From: Amoebophrya sp. A120
Lineage: Eukaryota; Protista; Dinoflagellata
Assembly (NCBI GenBank): GCA_905178155.1
Contig: CAJINV010000007.1
Coordinates: forward strand, 4,584,917 to 4,648,916
DNA length: 64,000 bases
Reading direction: 5' to 3'
Below are positions 11,293-23,800 of this stretch, in pieces. Numbering within the stretch: the first letter of the stretch is position 1; each line of letters starts with the position of its first letter. The translations under genes were made by a program, and so were the position numbers. The notes beneath the pieces are model-generated. The model saw only the letters and a program-made list of their open reading frames with translations, did no database searches and had not been told where the DNA came from.

Positions 11293-14200
11293 TCATACTG
11301 AAGCTTCAGTGTTGGAAAGCAGTCCAGGCAACTCCCGTCCGAACCAGTCAAACGTGTAGTTTGTGCTTGCTCGTGCGTAGGCTGACTCTAGCATTGCTTC
11401 CATTGTTTGCCGGTCGCTGAGAAGATTTTTCTGGTGCACAAGCATGTCCTCGTTTTGACGATCTGGATAATCGTCCCCACCACCACCAGCCTGTAGCTCT
11501 ATCCTCTCTCCTGAACTAGAACCAAAGATACTCTCACTGACCCACCGCGCGATTGCGACCGCCTCGTTGATGTTCAAGACGTAAAGAAAATCCTCCCCGG
11601 GGGTGAAAAACTGCTCGAAGACGTTCCAGTGATCGAACAACACCAAGTTCAAACACCTTCCCATCGCAGCTTCAAAGCCCCGGGCCTTCAGCTGCGGCAG
11701 CCGGGCCACGGGAAGGCCGGAGGGGTAGCCGAGGAGGGGGAGTTGGAATGTCGTGCGAATTTGTTCCTCATCGTTCGGAGCCTCTCTGACTGCGAAAGTA
11801 CTAGAACTGTGCGTACCCCCGTAATTTTCTTCTTTGAAAGAGGCTTTTTTTGGGCCGGTATTTGCGCTTCTGCGGCTCCTTTTGCTGAGGAGTATCGTCC
11901 TTTCTATCAGTTTGGCGAAAGTAAAATCATGATGGCGCAAGGTGTCATGGTCCTCCAAGCTCGGGAGCTGTTGCGATTCTTGAGTGCTGGAGACGGAAGC
12001 ATCATCATCGACAACGGCCACGCCACCTTCTTCAGGTTGTGATTTCTCAGAAGTACCACTTAGCCGCACGAAATCTGCCAGCAGTGGATTGGACAATACA
12101 CGGCCAGCAGAAGTGCCCGGAGTAGCTGTAGCTCGGTCGTTCTCTTCCTGCCTTTGCTTTGCACTAGCACCGTCCCGCCCACCTGAAGCTGCAGGTGGTG
12201 GTCGCGCTCTTCTCAGCAACGAGCCGACCCATTTCGTCAGAAACTGTGTCTCCCTCGGCTCGACGGCGATCAGATTGTGGGTGAAACAGGTCTTCGCCTT
12301 GCCATACAAACGAAGTTTGCTCTCGTAGGAATGCTCCGCGTTTTTAGCTTCCACTTCAGCACGATCAACATCAGGTTGCTCTTGATGTAGCAGTAGCCCT
12401 CGTCTATCTGAAGAGTCTGCTTGATCGTGATCGCCATCTACAGCAATTGTCGTCGTGTGGTCATCTACAGCAACTGCACTGGATCTCGACTGTTGCTTGG
12501 AAACACGACCCTCCTCGCTTCCCGATTGATGTTCATCCAGCAGTGCCTTCGGATGGAAATGTAAGTCGATGTTGAGGCGTTCCCGAAAGTTCCGCTTTAA
12601 AGCGTCCACGCCTGTGGCTTCCTCAGACTCAGTGTTGTCGTTCATATCTCGATTGTCCTCATTTTGGTCCGTCTCCGGACGAGAACCGAAACCAGGTGCA
12701 GTAGCGGGACCAACTACACCTGGCATTCGCATGTACTTCTCCGCCAGCAGCTCCTGATTGTGCCCAAAGAGCAGGAAACTGATCGGCTGAGGACGCTGAC
12801 GGTCACTCTTGGTGCTGACTACCTTTATAGGCTCACCTCCTTTTCTGCTTGTCGTCACCGGCGGCATGGGAACAAACAGCTCCGACTGCATTTCCCCCAT
12901 ACTGTTTCCAACATACAGCAAGTCTATCGGACGGTCTTCGCGGAGAAAGGAGACCATCTTCTTTCGATCTTCAACTTCATGCGAATGCGATTCTTTTCCT
13001 TGTTGTTGAAACACGTTCTTGGTCATCAGAGGCATCTGGAAAAATCTCGGCTTGTTCGCTAGGCTCGTGGTGCTGCTGCGAAGCTCTGTAGTTCTATCTG
13101 TGGCGGCTACGTGGCCTTCCTGGTTTTCACCCGCCGTCAAAAACCGATGAAAGTACGGGCACACGGTGACTACGGCCGTCGGATAGAAGTTTATCTCATG
13201 CAGGAGCGTCTGAAACGGTTTTTGCATCAGCTTCAAAAAGTTCCGGCGGAGAGTGCCCTGGATGGTGTTCAGGTACGCAAGCCAGGGGTTCAGTCGCACC
13301 CGATCCGGATTTTGTGCAACGATGTTTGCTTTTTGGTCTATGCTCTTCCGCGGCTGTCCTTTATCTACTGCCGAGGAAAGGGTACTACTGGTGCCGTCGT
13401 AGTAGTCAAACAGCTCCAGCCGGCCTCTCGCGATATGCTGTGCGGGGCTGTCTGTAGTTCTACTACCTGCCGTCTTCAATACGACCACTCTGTCGGCGTT
13501 ATCCTTGCCGACGGGCACTCCGGCACCCACGAACGCCAAAGCAGACTCTCGATGGACAAACGGGTGGAACTGGTCCAGCTGTTTTCGCTGCGCGGCCAGC
13601 AAAAGCGCGTTGTTGTGGAAGTCTTGGGTCGTGAGGGCAAAAAGGTTTTTATCGGTGACAGGCAGAAACGGCCGAATCTTTGAAGTACTTCCAATGTGAT
13701 GTCGCTGGCCGTTTTGTTGAGAAGCAACGACCGTCAGAGGTTCAAGGTTCAGATTAGTTGGGGCCGCGTTCTCGCTGCTATGATCATCCGTCCTTGCCAC
13801 CTCGACGACCTCCAGCTCCGAGGCCCGTGATTTCAAGTGACGTTCCTCCGCACGACCAAGCTCCTGGCTTCTCGTATCTTCGCTTGTGGCTTTCAAAATA
13901 GCCATGTCGATGATGTCCGCCACTTTTCCACCGGCACTTGGTGGTTTTGCAGCTTTTAACATTTCGGTCGTATTTTGATTTTCATCTCTGTGGTCCTCCC
14001 ATTCCCAGGCCCACAGCGCCGGTTGCGGAATTTCGTAGTCCAAGACTACTCTATGGGTGAACATATGGCCTGGAAGATGTAGAGATCCGCCAGCCCTTCT
14101 TGTTGAAAACGTTGCAAACAGGCGCTGCAAGTATTCCAGATCCGGGGCTGAAAACTGAGGCTGTCCGACGATGTCGGTTCCCGATAGGAAGACCATCAGC

Positions 14201-15632
14201 TCCTGCACGCACTGCATCCAAGCGAAATTTCCGATCGTGATAAAGTGGTTCTCGTACTGCTGGTTTTCATCATCTCCGAGAGATTTTGATACTGATATCT
14301 TCGGACACTGCACCCCGTTTACCGCGAACTGGTAGTCAGGTGCGTATTCCGCGGAATCGGGCAGGTAGGCGCAGATGAGCGAGAGCTGTTTGTGCTGCAG
14401 TTTGGGAAGCAACTGCTGCAACTCCGTCTCCGTCGCGGGAACGCGGTCAGTGGTGCTGTCTTCTTCGAGTCCACCGGGGACGCCGGGCTTCGTTGCGGGA
14501 AGTGGGGTCGCCGGCCTGGTGAACCAGAACTTTGTCTCCGACCCCGCGTCTTTCAACCGGCTGGTGAGGGAAAACCTGCAAATAACATGATCTGGCCTTA
14601 TTTCGTTGCGCGAAACAAGAATGTATGATCACGGTGTGTTGATGGAGAGCACGCTTGTCGACTTCGCATCGAGCAGGGGCCCGAAGTAGATATCTCGCTT
14701 TTGCGACAGTACGCATCGCGGGCACTGCAAATACTAGACAATCAATAGTAGAAGTGGAATCAAAAATCCTATACCAACCCGCGCGTCCAGATGCGTTTTT
14801 GGCTGCTGGTGAAAAGTTCCTTTCCGGACTCATCGCACCACTTCATCCGGGGCGCAATCCGGTAATGTCGCACGGCGACGTCGAGGCAGTTCTCCGCTAC
14901 GAAAAGCCGCTTCGGCGCCAACTCCGACGCTCTCCGCTTATTCAGGCCCGCGTCTGTGTAGTAGAAGTGAGTGACTTCATTCACAGTCTCACAGCTGCCT
15001 GTGGTCGCAACGAGCGACGGGATGGATGTGCTGAGGATTGTATCATTTTTCATTCGAGCAGTCGAACTGCTCCATGCAGCGGCCGAGGCTGTGTCACCCT
15101 GTACCCGTCCCGATTCGTCCCCTGCTGGTTCGATAACCTCCGCACCACCGCCACCAGCAGAATCTCTGTTCTTCTCGTCGAACAGGCCCGCCGGAAGAGG
15201 ATGGAAGTGCCACCCAATACAGTCCCCCGGTTGCAGTGCCTTGTCAACTTTGACATAGGCGACCAAGGAAGGTTTGGATTTATTTGATGTTCTTCCTCCA
15301 GACTCTGGAATGCGACCGTGATCCTCCTTGCCAGAAGTTATCCCCTCATCGGCAGAGGCAGAGCGTGCACTATCTAGAAGATGACCAACATCTTCGTCTT
15401 CATCCAGCTCCGTGCCATCACCACTACTGGTCTCCGGATCCACAAATTGCACGTTTGTTACCAGTTGCTCCGTGATTTCCGTGATGCTGTCCTCCAAATT
15501 GAAAAACACGAAGGAGACCAACGCGCGGGCGAAAAACCGCACGGAGATTGCCTCGACGAACTGCTGCCCGAAACCGTGGTAGCACAGGTCCTTGGACCAA
15601 ACGCTGACGCCGTGGGGCGGAAACTTACCCAT
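11293..15632 (-). CDS. Large glycosyltransferase-like protein with C-terminal CgeB/YkvP (Glyco_trans_1_2-like) domain, paralog 1 (~1378 aa); GT-AG intron 14576-14778
   Basis: C-terminal LKARGFEAAMGRCLNLVLFDHWNVFEQFFTPGEDFLYVLNINEAVAIARW resembles the RxFEAAxxG...LEELFEPGEEIVxY pattern. Exons join as WTRG|FSLTSRLKDAG, colinear with the paralog at 37017-42289. The start codon was chosen by paralog alignment. Confidence 0.7.
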
Positions 15633-15843
15633 TCCTGCGCGATTTTTACGAACATTAGGCAGTCCGCCACCTGCTGGAGTTGGGATACCACGATGACGAT
15701 TCTTGCATTTATATATTTTACGCAAAAATACTATACACAACAAGCTACGAAGACGACAATACGCCAGAACAACAACGAGAACATCTTCAGACAAACCGAG
15801 CTTGTGCCAGCTGATCGCGATCCTCTTCCTGCAATACCGCAGG

Positions 15844-18800
15844 TTAGGTAGAACTTAGATGAGATTTCTTTCCGCTTTCATTTTTGCTCCATCCAAACCG
15901 ATACGCAAATCCGTTTTTGCTTCCGTGTTTTGCCAGTTCCTGTTCCAAATAATCTCGCTGACCCGCGTAGTAAGAATTCGCGAGGTCCACAACTTCCGCC
16001 GAAATGTCCTCAAACTTGAGGAACATTTTCCCGCCCCCGAGCACGTTCTGCTTCGGAATCTTGAAATTCTGGTCGCTGTCGAGTGCGGGTTTTGAAGTCC
16101 CATCTGTTTCGAGCTTGAGGGAATCCAAAATGTTCTGGTTGATCTCTTTCTTCAGATGACTACGAAGCACGTCGATTGCTGCTTCAGAAGATTCATTGTT
16201 GTCTGGCGTGCCATCGCGTCTATCAACTTGTGTCGTCATTCCGGCTCCAGAGTTTTCGCCTGCACCGGACTCTTGGTCTCGTCCTTCTTCTTTCCGCGTA
16301 GAAGTGCTCGTCAGAAACTCCCTGACCCGCACCAAGCCGCTGACGGTCAAGGCTTCTTGCATGTGAATTACCAACACGTTGTCCTTGCCGAGAATCAACT
16401 TCGTCATTTCAATCCTTTCCTCCCAGTTGCCCCAGCCCCGTCCCGGCACGCAGTCCGTCAGGTTGTACCGAATCATTTTCTCGAAGTATCAACTGTAAAA
16501 ATGTCTGGGTCCTCTGGAAGAATTCATGTTTGTCATGCTTGTCTGGCATGACTCTTAAATCTGTCATGCACGTTACCCAAGAGCTCCGCTTTTCTGTGAT
16601 GCAGAGTCGCAGTTTGTCATGCAGAATAGGCAACACCTAGGAGCTCAGAAACTTGTCATGCTGAGCCAGCATTTGTAGCCTCATCATGAGACGCTACCCA
16701 GCATCACAAGTTCCCAGACCCAGAGGACATTTTTACTTTTGATACGAAGTCTGTGTCCACCATTTCGCTGCACCGCATGCGTTATCATGAGCAAAAGTAT
16801 CGCACTCGTACACAGACACAATCTGACTACCATCTAATTGTAGCCATGCATGACAAATGCGACCTCGCTGTAACGTATACCTACGTGAGCCTATGCGAAA
16901 TGAGCATTCCAAGTTCAATTTGAAAGTAATTTCCATCCACTAATACAATTATACTTTTGCAGAATGCATATGTGATTGTAGTGAGAAAGCAACGCGTCGA
17001 GGGGGTCGGAGATCAGCACGATGGCCTTGGCTTTGCTCGGCAGGCGGTGCAGAGTGTCGGTCGACTCAATCACCCGGGGGTCCTTCACGCCGCGGAGGGG
17101 TCTCGATATCTTGTCAAGGTTCCCCGCCACGAGCCGCCGGCTCTTTGCGGTTATGGTCGTTCTGCTCGAAGATGACAAAAGATCACCCTGCTCGAGGACG
17201 TCGTCCTCGTTCATCTTCTCTTTTCCTTCTGTCCTCTCGTCCACATCTGTTTTTCCTGATTGTCGCGGGGGAAAAGAGGTCAGGAGCTGCATGTAGGCGG
17301 TTTCAGGCACTGCGTAGTTGTTCGACAATTCGTAGCCCCAGAACGTGGATTCGCAGAACTCCTCCCTGACTATCCTGTGCAAAAGTATCGCACTCGTACT
17401 AATTGCAAATATGCATGACAAATTTCTTTCCTAAGGCAAAACAGCATTACACATTCCACTTTCCTTCTTGCTAAAATTTGCAATGCATTTATACGAGTAC
17501 GATACTTTTGCAGTTCATACTGACATCTCCCCCGCAATTGGCCATCTCCACGCCCGGAACGTAGTGGTGCAGACTGTACGCCAGAGACGTGGTTCCCGAC
17601 TTCGCGAAGCCGACGATGACAAAGTCAATCTCCACATCGTTCCAGTTCAGCAGCGGCTCGATGCGAACCGTGAAGCGTCTCGCGATGAAATGCGGCAGGA
17701 GGAGTTCCTTGGGGAAGATGTTTTTCCTATTTTTCACCTCGTCCAAGTCATGGATCGAGGAGATCAAGCCCGGCTTTCCGCAGGTCTCGAGCGGGAGGCA
17801 AATGCCGAAGGAGGACTCCACCCAACCCCACTGCTCCCCGGTGTTTTGGTCGGTGAACATGTTGACGAGTCGCACCAGGAAGTTTTTCCCCTGTGCGTCC
17901 TTGCAGCTCTGGAAGGTCTCCGTGAAAAACCGCTTTTTGTACCGCTCGGTGGGCGACGCTATGGCCTGCCAGATCGCCGCGGAGCCGCGCTCGCGAATGT
18001 ACTGGGTGGTCACAGGGTAGCCGAGGAAATACTTCAGCCCGTCGGTTTGCGGCTGCGATTGATGAGACTCTGACTCGTCCGGGTGGGTTGTAGTTATTTC
18101 TGCTTGGTTTCTATTCGGGTCATCGTCATCCACAGGCGCGCCTGCGGCAACGGCTGATGTCGTCCCGGTTTCCTGCTTATGTGCACCAGAGGATTTTGCT
18201 GTGGCGGTCGTAGTTCCAGCAGCGGAAGTTGTGGGTAAGTCGTTAGTGCCACTAAGCACGTCCGGAATTCGCTCTGGTCCCTCCCATTTCTCCAGGAAAT
18301 CAGCGACGCAGCGCTGCATGTCGGGAGAAAATTTCTCTCTGTAGGTATTCCACTTCTTGGCGGAGTTCTTGTGCGGCTCGGGCTCAGAATTGCTTGTAAT
18401 TTGCGCGCTCCGTCGTGATTCTTGGGAAGCCGCTGCACTAGCACGACTACTTTGCGGCCCTTCAGCTACAGAACGACCTTCTTGCTGCTGCAGGAGCAGC
18501 TCCGCCTTAGCCTTCAAGTACTCCGCTCTCACCTTTTTGTACGCCAAAGACGGCGTGAAGGTCCGCACTTTCGGCGGCAACACGCGCTGCTTCCAGCCCT
18601 TCTCCACCGTGCCCGAGCGGGATGTCTCAAACCACTGCAGTTGCATTACTTCCGCGCAACACGCAGCGGACGGTGTGGAGCGGGAAATGTCCTCCAAAAC
18701 GATGTCCTTGGAGAAGTGCTGCTTCCACTGCTCGGGCGTGAGAAACCGGCTCTGTTTCCTCGCTTTTCTGCGGCTGAATGCGATACTGAAATGCTGGTTT

Positions 18801-20077
18801 TCGTCAGGAAGTCGCTGCACCTCGGTGATGTTCCAAAAAGAAGACTCCGTCGGGAAGAGAGAGTCGACTGTGGCGGGGACGTCGCCGTCGGCCTCGGGCA
18901 GCATGGCAGTGGTTGTTGTTGTGGATTGTTCCTTTATTGCGGCTACTACATTTTCGCCTTTCGTCGCCCCGAGGCCCGCCGCCAATTCCCACCTCCGGAA
19001 CTTCTGGTAGTCGCGCACCAGGTCCGAGTCGAACTGCGGATACGATTGCAAAACCACGTCGAAATTCATGGTGCGCCGTTCCGGGTGGTGCAAGTCCCAG
19101 GGGAGCGCCCCGATGCCCCCAAACATGAGCTGCAAGAACCTGGGCAGAACCAGTTCCACGATCAGCGCATTGGCGTCGAACTCTGCCCTCGCCGCGGCCG
19201 TGGCCGCCACCGGCTCCGCGCACACGCGGGGGACGCACAGCGCCATGGTGATGTCCTCGCGGGTGACGTGCGCGAACTGCGGATGGGGCGACCGCCGGTA
19301 GGCGTGCTGCATCCGCTGTTTGATGGTGTCGTGGAGTTTTGCCGGCCTCGTGGGCCGCGAGTAGTGCCCATCGCGGTCGTCGACGGAATATTTCTTGGGA
19401 AAGTTGTTCATGGTCGTTCCGTAGGTGTGGATATACTCGTGCGGATAGAAAAGCAACTCCACCCAGTAGTAGTTACTCCTCTGGATTTCTACGTCAAGCT
19501 CTTCGGATTTGTCCCGACGACCCCCAGCTTGTTCTCTACTCGGCAGGACGGTGGTGGTCTCCGCCCCGTGCAGTTGTTGCTCGTGTAGTTCTTGTGCGTC
19601 GAGTTGTGGACGAGGTTCTGGGTCTGGTTCGTCTCCGCCCCCACTGACGCAAGCCGAGCGCATCCAGTAGAAAGACCCGTCCGGCATATCGGCGGCGGAG
19701 AGCAGGGAAAAAGAAATCATGTGTCTATCGTACAACTTCTTCCTCAGCTCCGCATCACACCGTATCGCCGGCTTCAAGTGCGTCGCCTCGAACTTGTGGG
19801 GTGCGAAGGGGCGGGGGTCATGGACTTCGCTAGCAACTCCATGGCTCGCCGAATGTAGGATATCGCTGGACGAGGCACTGCGGGTGGCAGCAGCTCCTTC
19901 AGCCTCATCTTCAACATCTCGTCGAGGCGGTAGCTGTTCTAGTTGCTGCTGACCAGAACAAACCAATGGCGGCGCAACGATATCTTGGTGAACCAAGAGC
20001 AACAAGAGTAGAGAAAACATAGAGCAACGTCGGTGTCGCGTGTACGACAACGAGTGTGTCCATAGCGGAGGATTCAT
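15844..20077 (-). CDS. Sulfotransferase-domain protein with N-terminal hydrophobic leader (~1207 aa); three introner introns
   Basis: 5'-PSB loop DFVIVGFAKSGTTSL and 3'-PB motif IVLISDPLDALLSHYNH. Removing 17371-17519, 16783-16970 and 16487-16744 (each plus 5 nt) gives one 3624-nt frame. Confidence 0.8.
16487..16744. mobile_element. Introner family A (258 bp)
   Basis: TATCAACTGTAAAAATGTCTGGGTCC...CCCAGACCCAGAGGACATTTTTACTTTTGATA; direct repeat CGAAG. Confidence 0.9.
16783..16970. mobile_element. Introner family B, degenerate (188 bp)
   Basis: TATCATGAGCAAAAGTATCGCACTCGTA...ATACTTTTGCAGAATGCATA; imperfect direct repeat TGCGT/TGTGA; frame restored (SHYNH|MRCSEMVDTDF). Confidence 0.8.
17371..17519. 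mobile_element. Introner family B (149 bp)
   Basis: TATCCTGTGCAAAAGTATCGCACTCGTA...TACGAGTACGATACTTTTGCAGTTCATA; direct repeat CTGAC. Confidence 0.92.
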
Positions 20078-20834
20078 TTTTCGTACCTAATTAGGTAGTG
20101 AAACACTGCATCTAGCCGTAGCTGCGCATCTTGAGTAGAGGGAAATAAACAAATACACTACTTAAATTGATACCGTTGTCGTGATGGGGAACGCAGCTTT
20201 ACTGCCCAAGATCATGTCAAAGCAGATACCGATGAGAAACTCAAATCGTGTATGCGTGGCTTCCCATAAAAAAACGGTACATGACTTGTCGCGAGCCTGT
20301 CTGTCAGTGTCACTGTCGCCACACACGGCGTACATCTACATGTACTGCTCCGCCAATAACGAATCATGACATGGATATTTTCTCGTGTTATCCTGGCCAA
20401 TCGTGACTGTCCGTTGTTCATTCTTGACAAAAAAGTACGTAAAGAATGCAACACCAGAACCAGAAGCCTTGTCCATGCGACACAATCGAAGAAAAACAAA
20501 AATCCAAGATCAGCAAGTCATAGTAGTTTACGCTAATATGCTAGTGTACAGCTACAGATCGACCTTCCTTGTCCTGTATTCTCAAAAACAAAAACTGATG
20601 CTATTGGGTCTATCAAAAAGCTTGAACCTGCGGTGAGAAACTTCATCGTTCATATTCTTTCAAGTAATGCTGAAAACTCTTGTATTGACTTTTCACTTTT
20701 GCAGAATCCGGGGCTAGACCAGCTTTGTGTCGATGAGGTGGCTGCAGCTGCAAGCGTACGACCAGAAGCTACTTGCGCACACGACCAAAGACAAACAGCT
20801 GCCAAAATCAGACGTCTGTCGACAAAAAAGAAAC

Positions 20835-23800
20835 TTAGCTGTTGTCTCCGCCTAGTAAGTTAAAGTACCTCAGGCCTTCTCTCGGCATTCTCCTTGCCGA
20901 GCTAATTCTACCTTGCAGCTGTTCGCGTGCCTCCTGATCCCACCTACTTCTAACGTTCGTCTTTTTCTCGGCTGGTGGAAACCTCGCCCCCATTCGCGCA
21001 TCGTATGGGCCCCATTGGCAGCACCCCGGGCACTGCACCTGCACGAGCGTCGGCGGTAGCGGCATGCACTCGAGAAAGAGAATCGCGCAGAAACAGGTCG
21101 GCACGTAGGGGGGCACGGAGACGTAGCGCTTTCGGTTTGTCGTTCGAATGTACTGCTCGAAACACTCGGTGTGCAGCAGGAGATTGCATTTTGGATTGCG
21201 GGCAACGCAATACGCTGGATGCGGCGGTCGGTCCGGGGCCAGATCATCATCCGTGGGGACAACGGTTGGTACAGGAGGCGGCGCCATAATATTTTCGCCA
21301 GTGGACTGCACTACAGGAGATTCTTCTTGTTCTTCGTGATCGTGTGCTCGACTCTCAGCAGCAAAATTATCGGCGTCGCTGAGCTCATCGTTATCTTCGT
21401 CCGACGGTGAAAGCTGCTCCATGTCTAAGACAGCCCAGGTAGAAGTTCTTGAGCTAGAGGTAGAGAGCCTCCTCAGGTGTCTACCTCGAACTACGTGAGA
21501 AGAAGCCGGAGGTGCTGCCGTGTTTCCACGAGTTCTCGTATTATCCGTTGCAGATGAAGCATTGCTCCCCGTGCAGCTGACCAATCTGGAAAGCAGCGCC
21601 CTCAGCATGTGCCGATACGCGTTCATGCACGTGCAGCTTCTTCCGGTTCTAACCCGTGGCCGTAGCTGTGTTCGTGGTCCTGATGGCTGGCCGCGAAGCA
21701 GGGGCTCGTCGCTAGCAAGAAGACGAGCGTCAGGTGCGTCCTCCGAGTCATTATTTCTTGTCCCAGACGCAGGTCGTAGTTCCTCGCCGGCGTATAATTG
21801 TCGCCGACCCTGAGGGGCCTCGTCCGCAGCAGTAACAGACCTACCGCCTTGGTCAACATCCGTTCTGCTGCTTCCTCGCAGCATCTGGGCCCGGGACGCT
21901 GCGTCCAGTACGAAAGCAGAGGCAAAAATGTCGTTGAATAAGCGCCGGCGAAGTTCCTCACTTTCATGAAGGACCGTGTGATCTTGTTCAGTGCCACCAT
22001 CCACAAACTCCGCGTTTAAACGGTTGCGATTTCCTTCTTGTCGGTTCCGACTACTAGCACCTGTCGATATTGTCCCTGTGTAGGAGGTCATGGAAGCGGC
22101 TGCCTCCAACCGTTCGCCCGATGTTGGAGGACGTCGATCGGCAAAGTAGGTGGAAGCACCGGCAAGCTCCCCGCGGTATTCTTCGTTCTCACCTGCGGTG
22201 CTAGTAGAATTCATGCGACCTCCCCCGCGCTGCTGCAGCTCCCTTCTTTCGAGCGACGACTGCCGTTCGTGTCGCGGTGCTCCGTCAACTTCGCTTGTAC
22301 ATGAAACTTCACTTGTTTCAGACCTAGAGCCAGCACCTCGTTCCAGCGAGGAAAGCCGAAGATGCGATGATGAAAAGGAGCAAGAGGCGGCATTTGCGAA
22401 AAGGCTGCTCGAGGGGCTTGCAGGACGCAGCGGGGCTGCAGGAGAGGAGACGTCGCGCATGTCAGCATCTGGGAAGACCCCATGCCTACTGTCCAAGGGC
22501 GCAGGCGCTGCGGCAGGAGGACGCGAACGCGCTAGGAAAGCACTATTGCCCTCCTGCGCGCCGGGAAGATGCCGCCACGTTTTCTCTGCGTCCAAATTGA
22601 TCACACGATGGCCCACCTCTGGCCGTCGCAAATCTTGATCCTGCAGCGGTCGTTGCTCATTAACGGCTTCAGGGCCTTCTCGACATTGGTCCTGAGAGGA
22701 AAGTGACGGAAAGAACAGTGAGGAGTGCTCGTCGACGGGTACGGGTTCGTCAATTTCCACTACTGGAAACTCGTGATTAAATAGAGAGGAGCTCCTTACC
22801 TGCTGCCCATCTGCGCTACCGCAACTACCTCCGGTTGAAAGATGCAATTTTAATTTTTCGCTTTCCTGGTAGTTTCTCGCGTCGAGCACCAACATCTTGC
22901 GAGCGCCTGGAAACGAAGTGCCGGTGAATGCGTCATAGCGTTGGCGGCGCAGGAGCGAAGCTTTTTCTTTTTTCTCTTCGCGCGGTGCTCGCGACTGCAT
23001 CTCTGAGCTTTCTTCTGGCGCTCTTCCTCCTGTTTCCGAGTCTTCTCCGAGAGGTCGGCTGTTCGATGACATGTCAGCCGCCGAACCTTGTGCGTCCAAA
23101 TGACCAGCTTCGAAGGTGCTGGGAGCAGCAGGGATAGACGCAACCGAAGACGCTGCCTCGGTTCCTGCGTTGCGCCGCGATAGTGATTGAACCGGAAAAA
23201 TTCCTGTCCTTTCATCTAATGCCGTGGGCAACATCTTCTTCCTCGAAGACTCAAAATCTGCAGGAGTCGATACATGCTGCCCAGATGAAATAGATCCCCA
23301 CAAACGTGCGTTCGCAAAACTAAGCAGACGCTCGATCTGCCTTCTCGAGGCTTTATTGGCGTCACGCAGGTCAATTTGCAGCTCCATGTCTTTTCTCGCC
23401 TGATCTCGTTGCCTTCGACCTTCAATCCGCTTGCTCCTATGCGGATTATTTGGAGCACTGGAGCTCCCTGCAGCTGCGTCAGCATAATTCTGATCTACTT
23501 TTTGCGACCCCTCTGGATCTGACTGCTCCGCTCGTAGTATACTGGCTTGTTGCGAAGAACCAATCGCCACTGATTTGTTGCGAGGCAGCGCCATCTGCCG
23601 GATCGCAGCTTCCTGGTCTAGGAAAGGGATAACAGCTTCGGCAGCCGGCACCGAATGAGATGACGCACTCCCGGCGTATTTTTGATTGGGTGGCATTATC
23701 GAGGCAGCGCCCATCGTGCTACTATTGTCATCGTCATCCTCCTTTTCCGCTAAGATAGCAGCCCCCACGTCTATGTCTTCGCAAACGACATCTCGTTGTT

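Noticed and set aside
18422-19588. Long plus-strand ORFs (also 4295..5071, 31198..31968, 45745..46500, 56856..57659)
   Set aside because: Antisense shadows of GC-rich minus-strand genes with no recognisable motifs.
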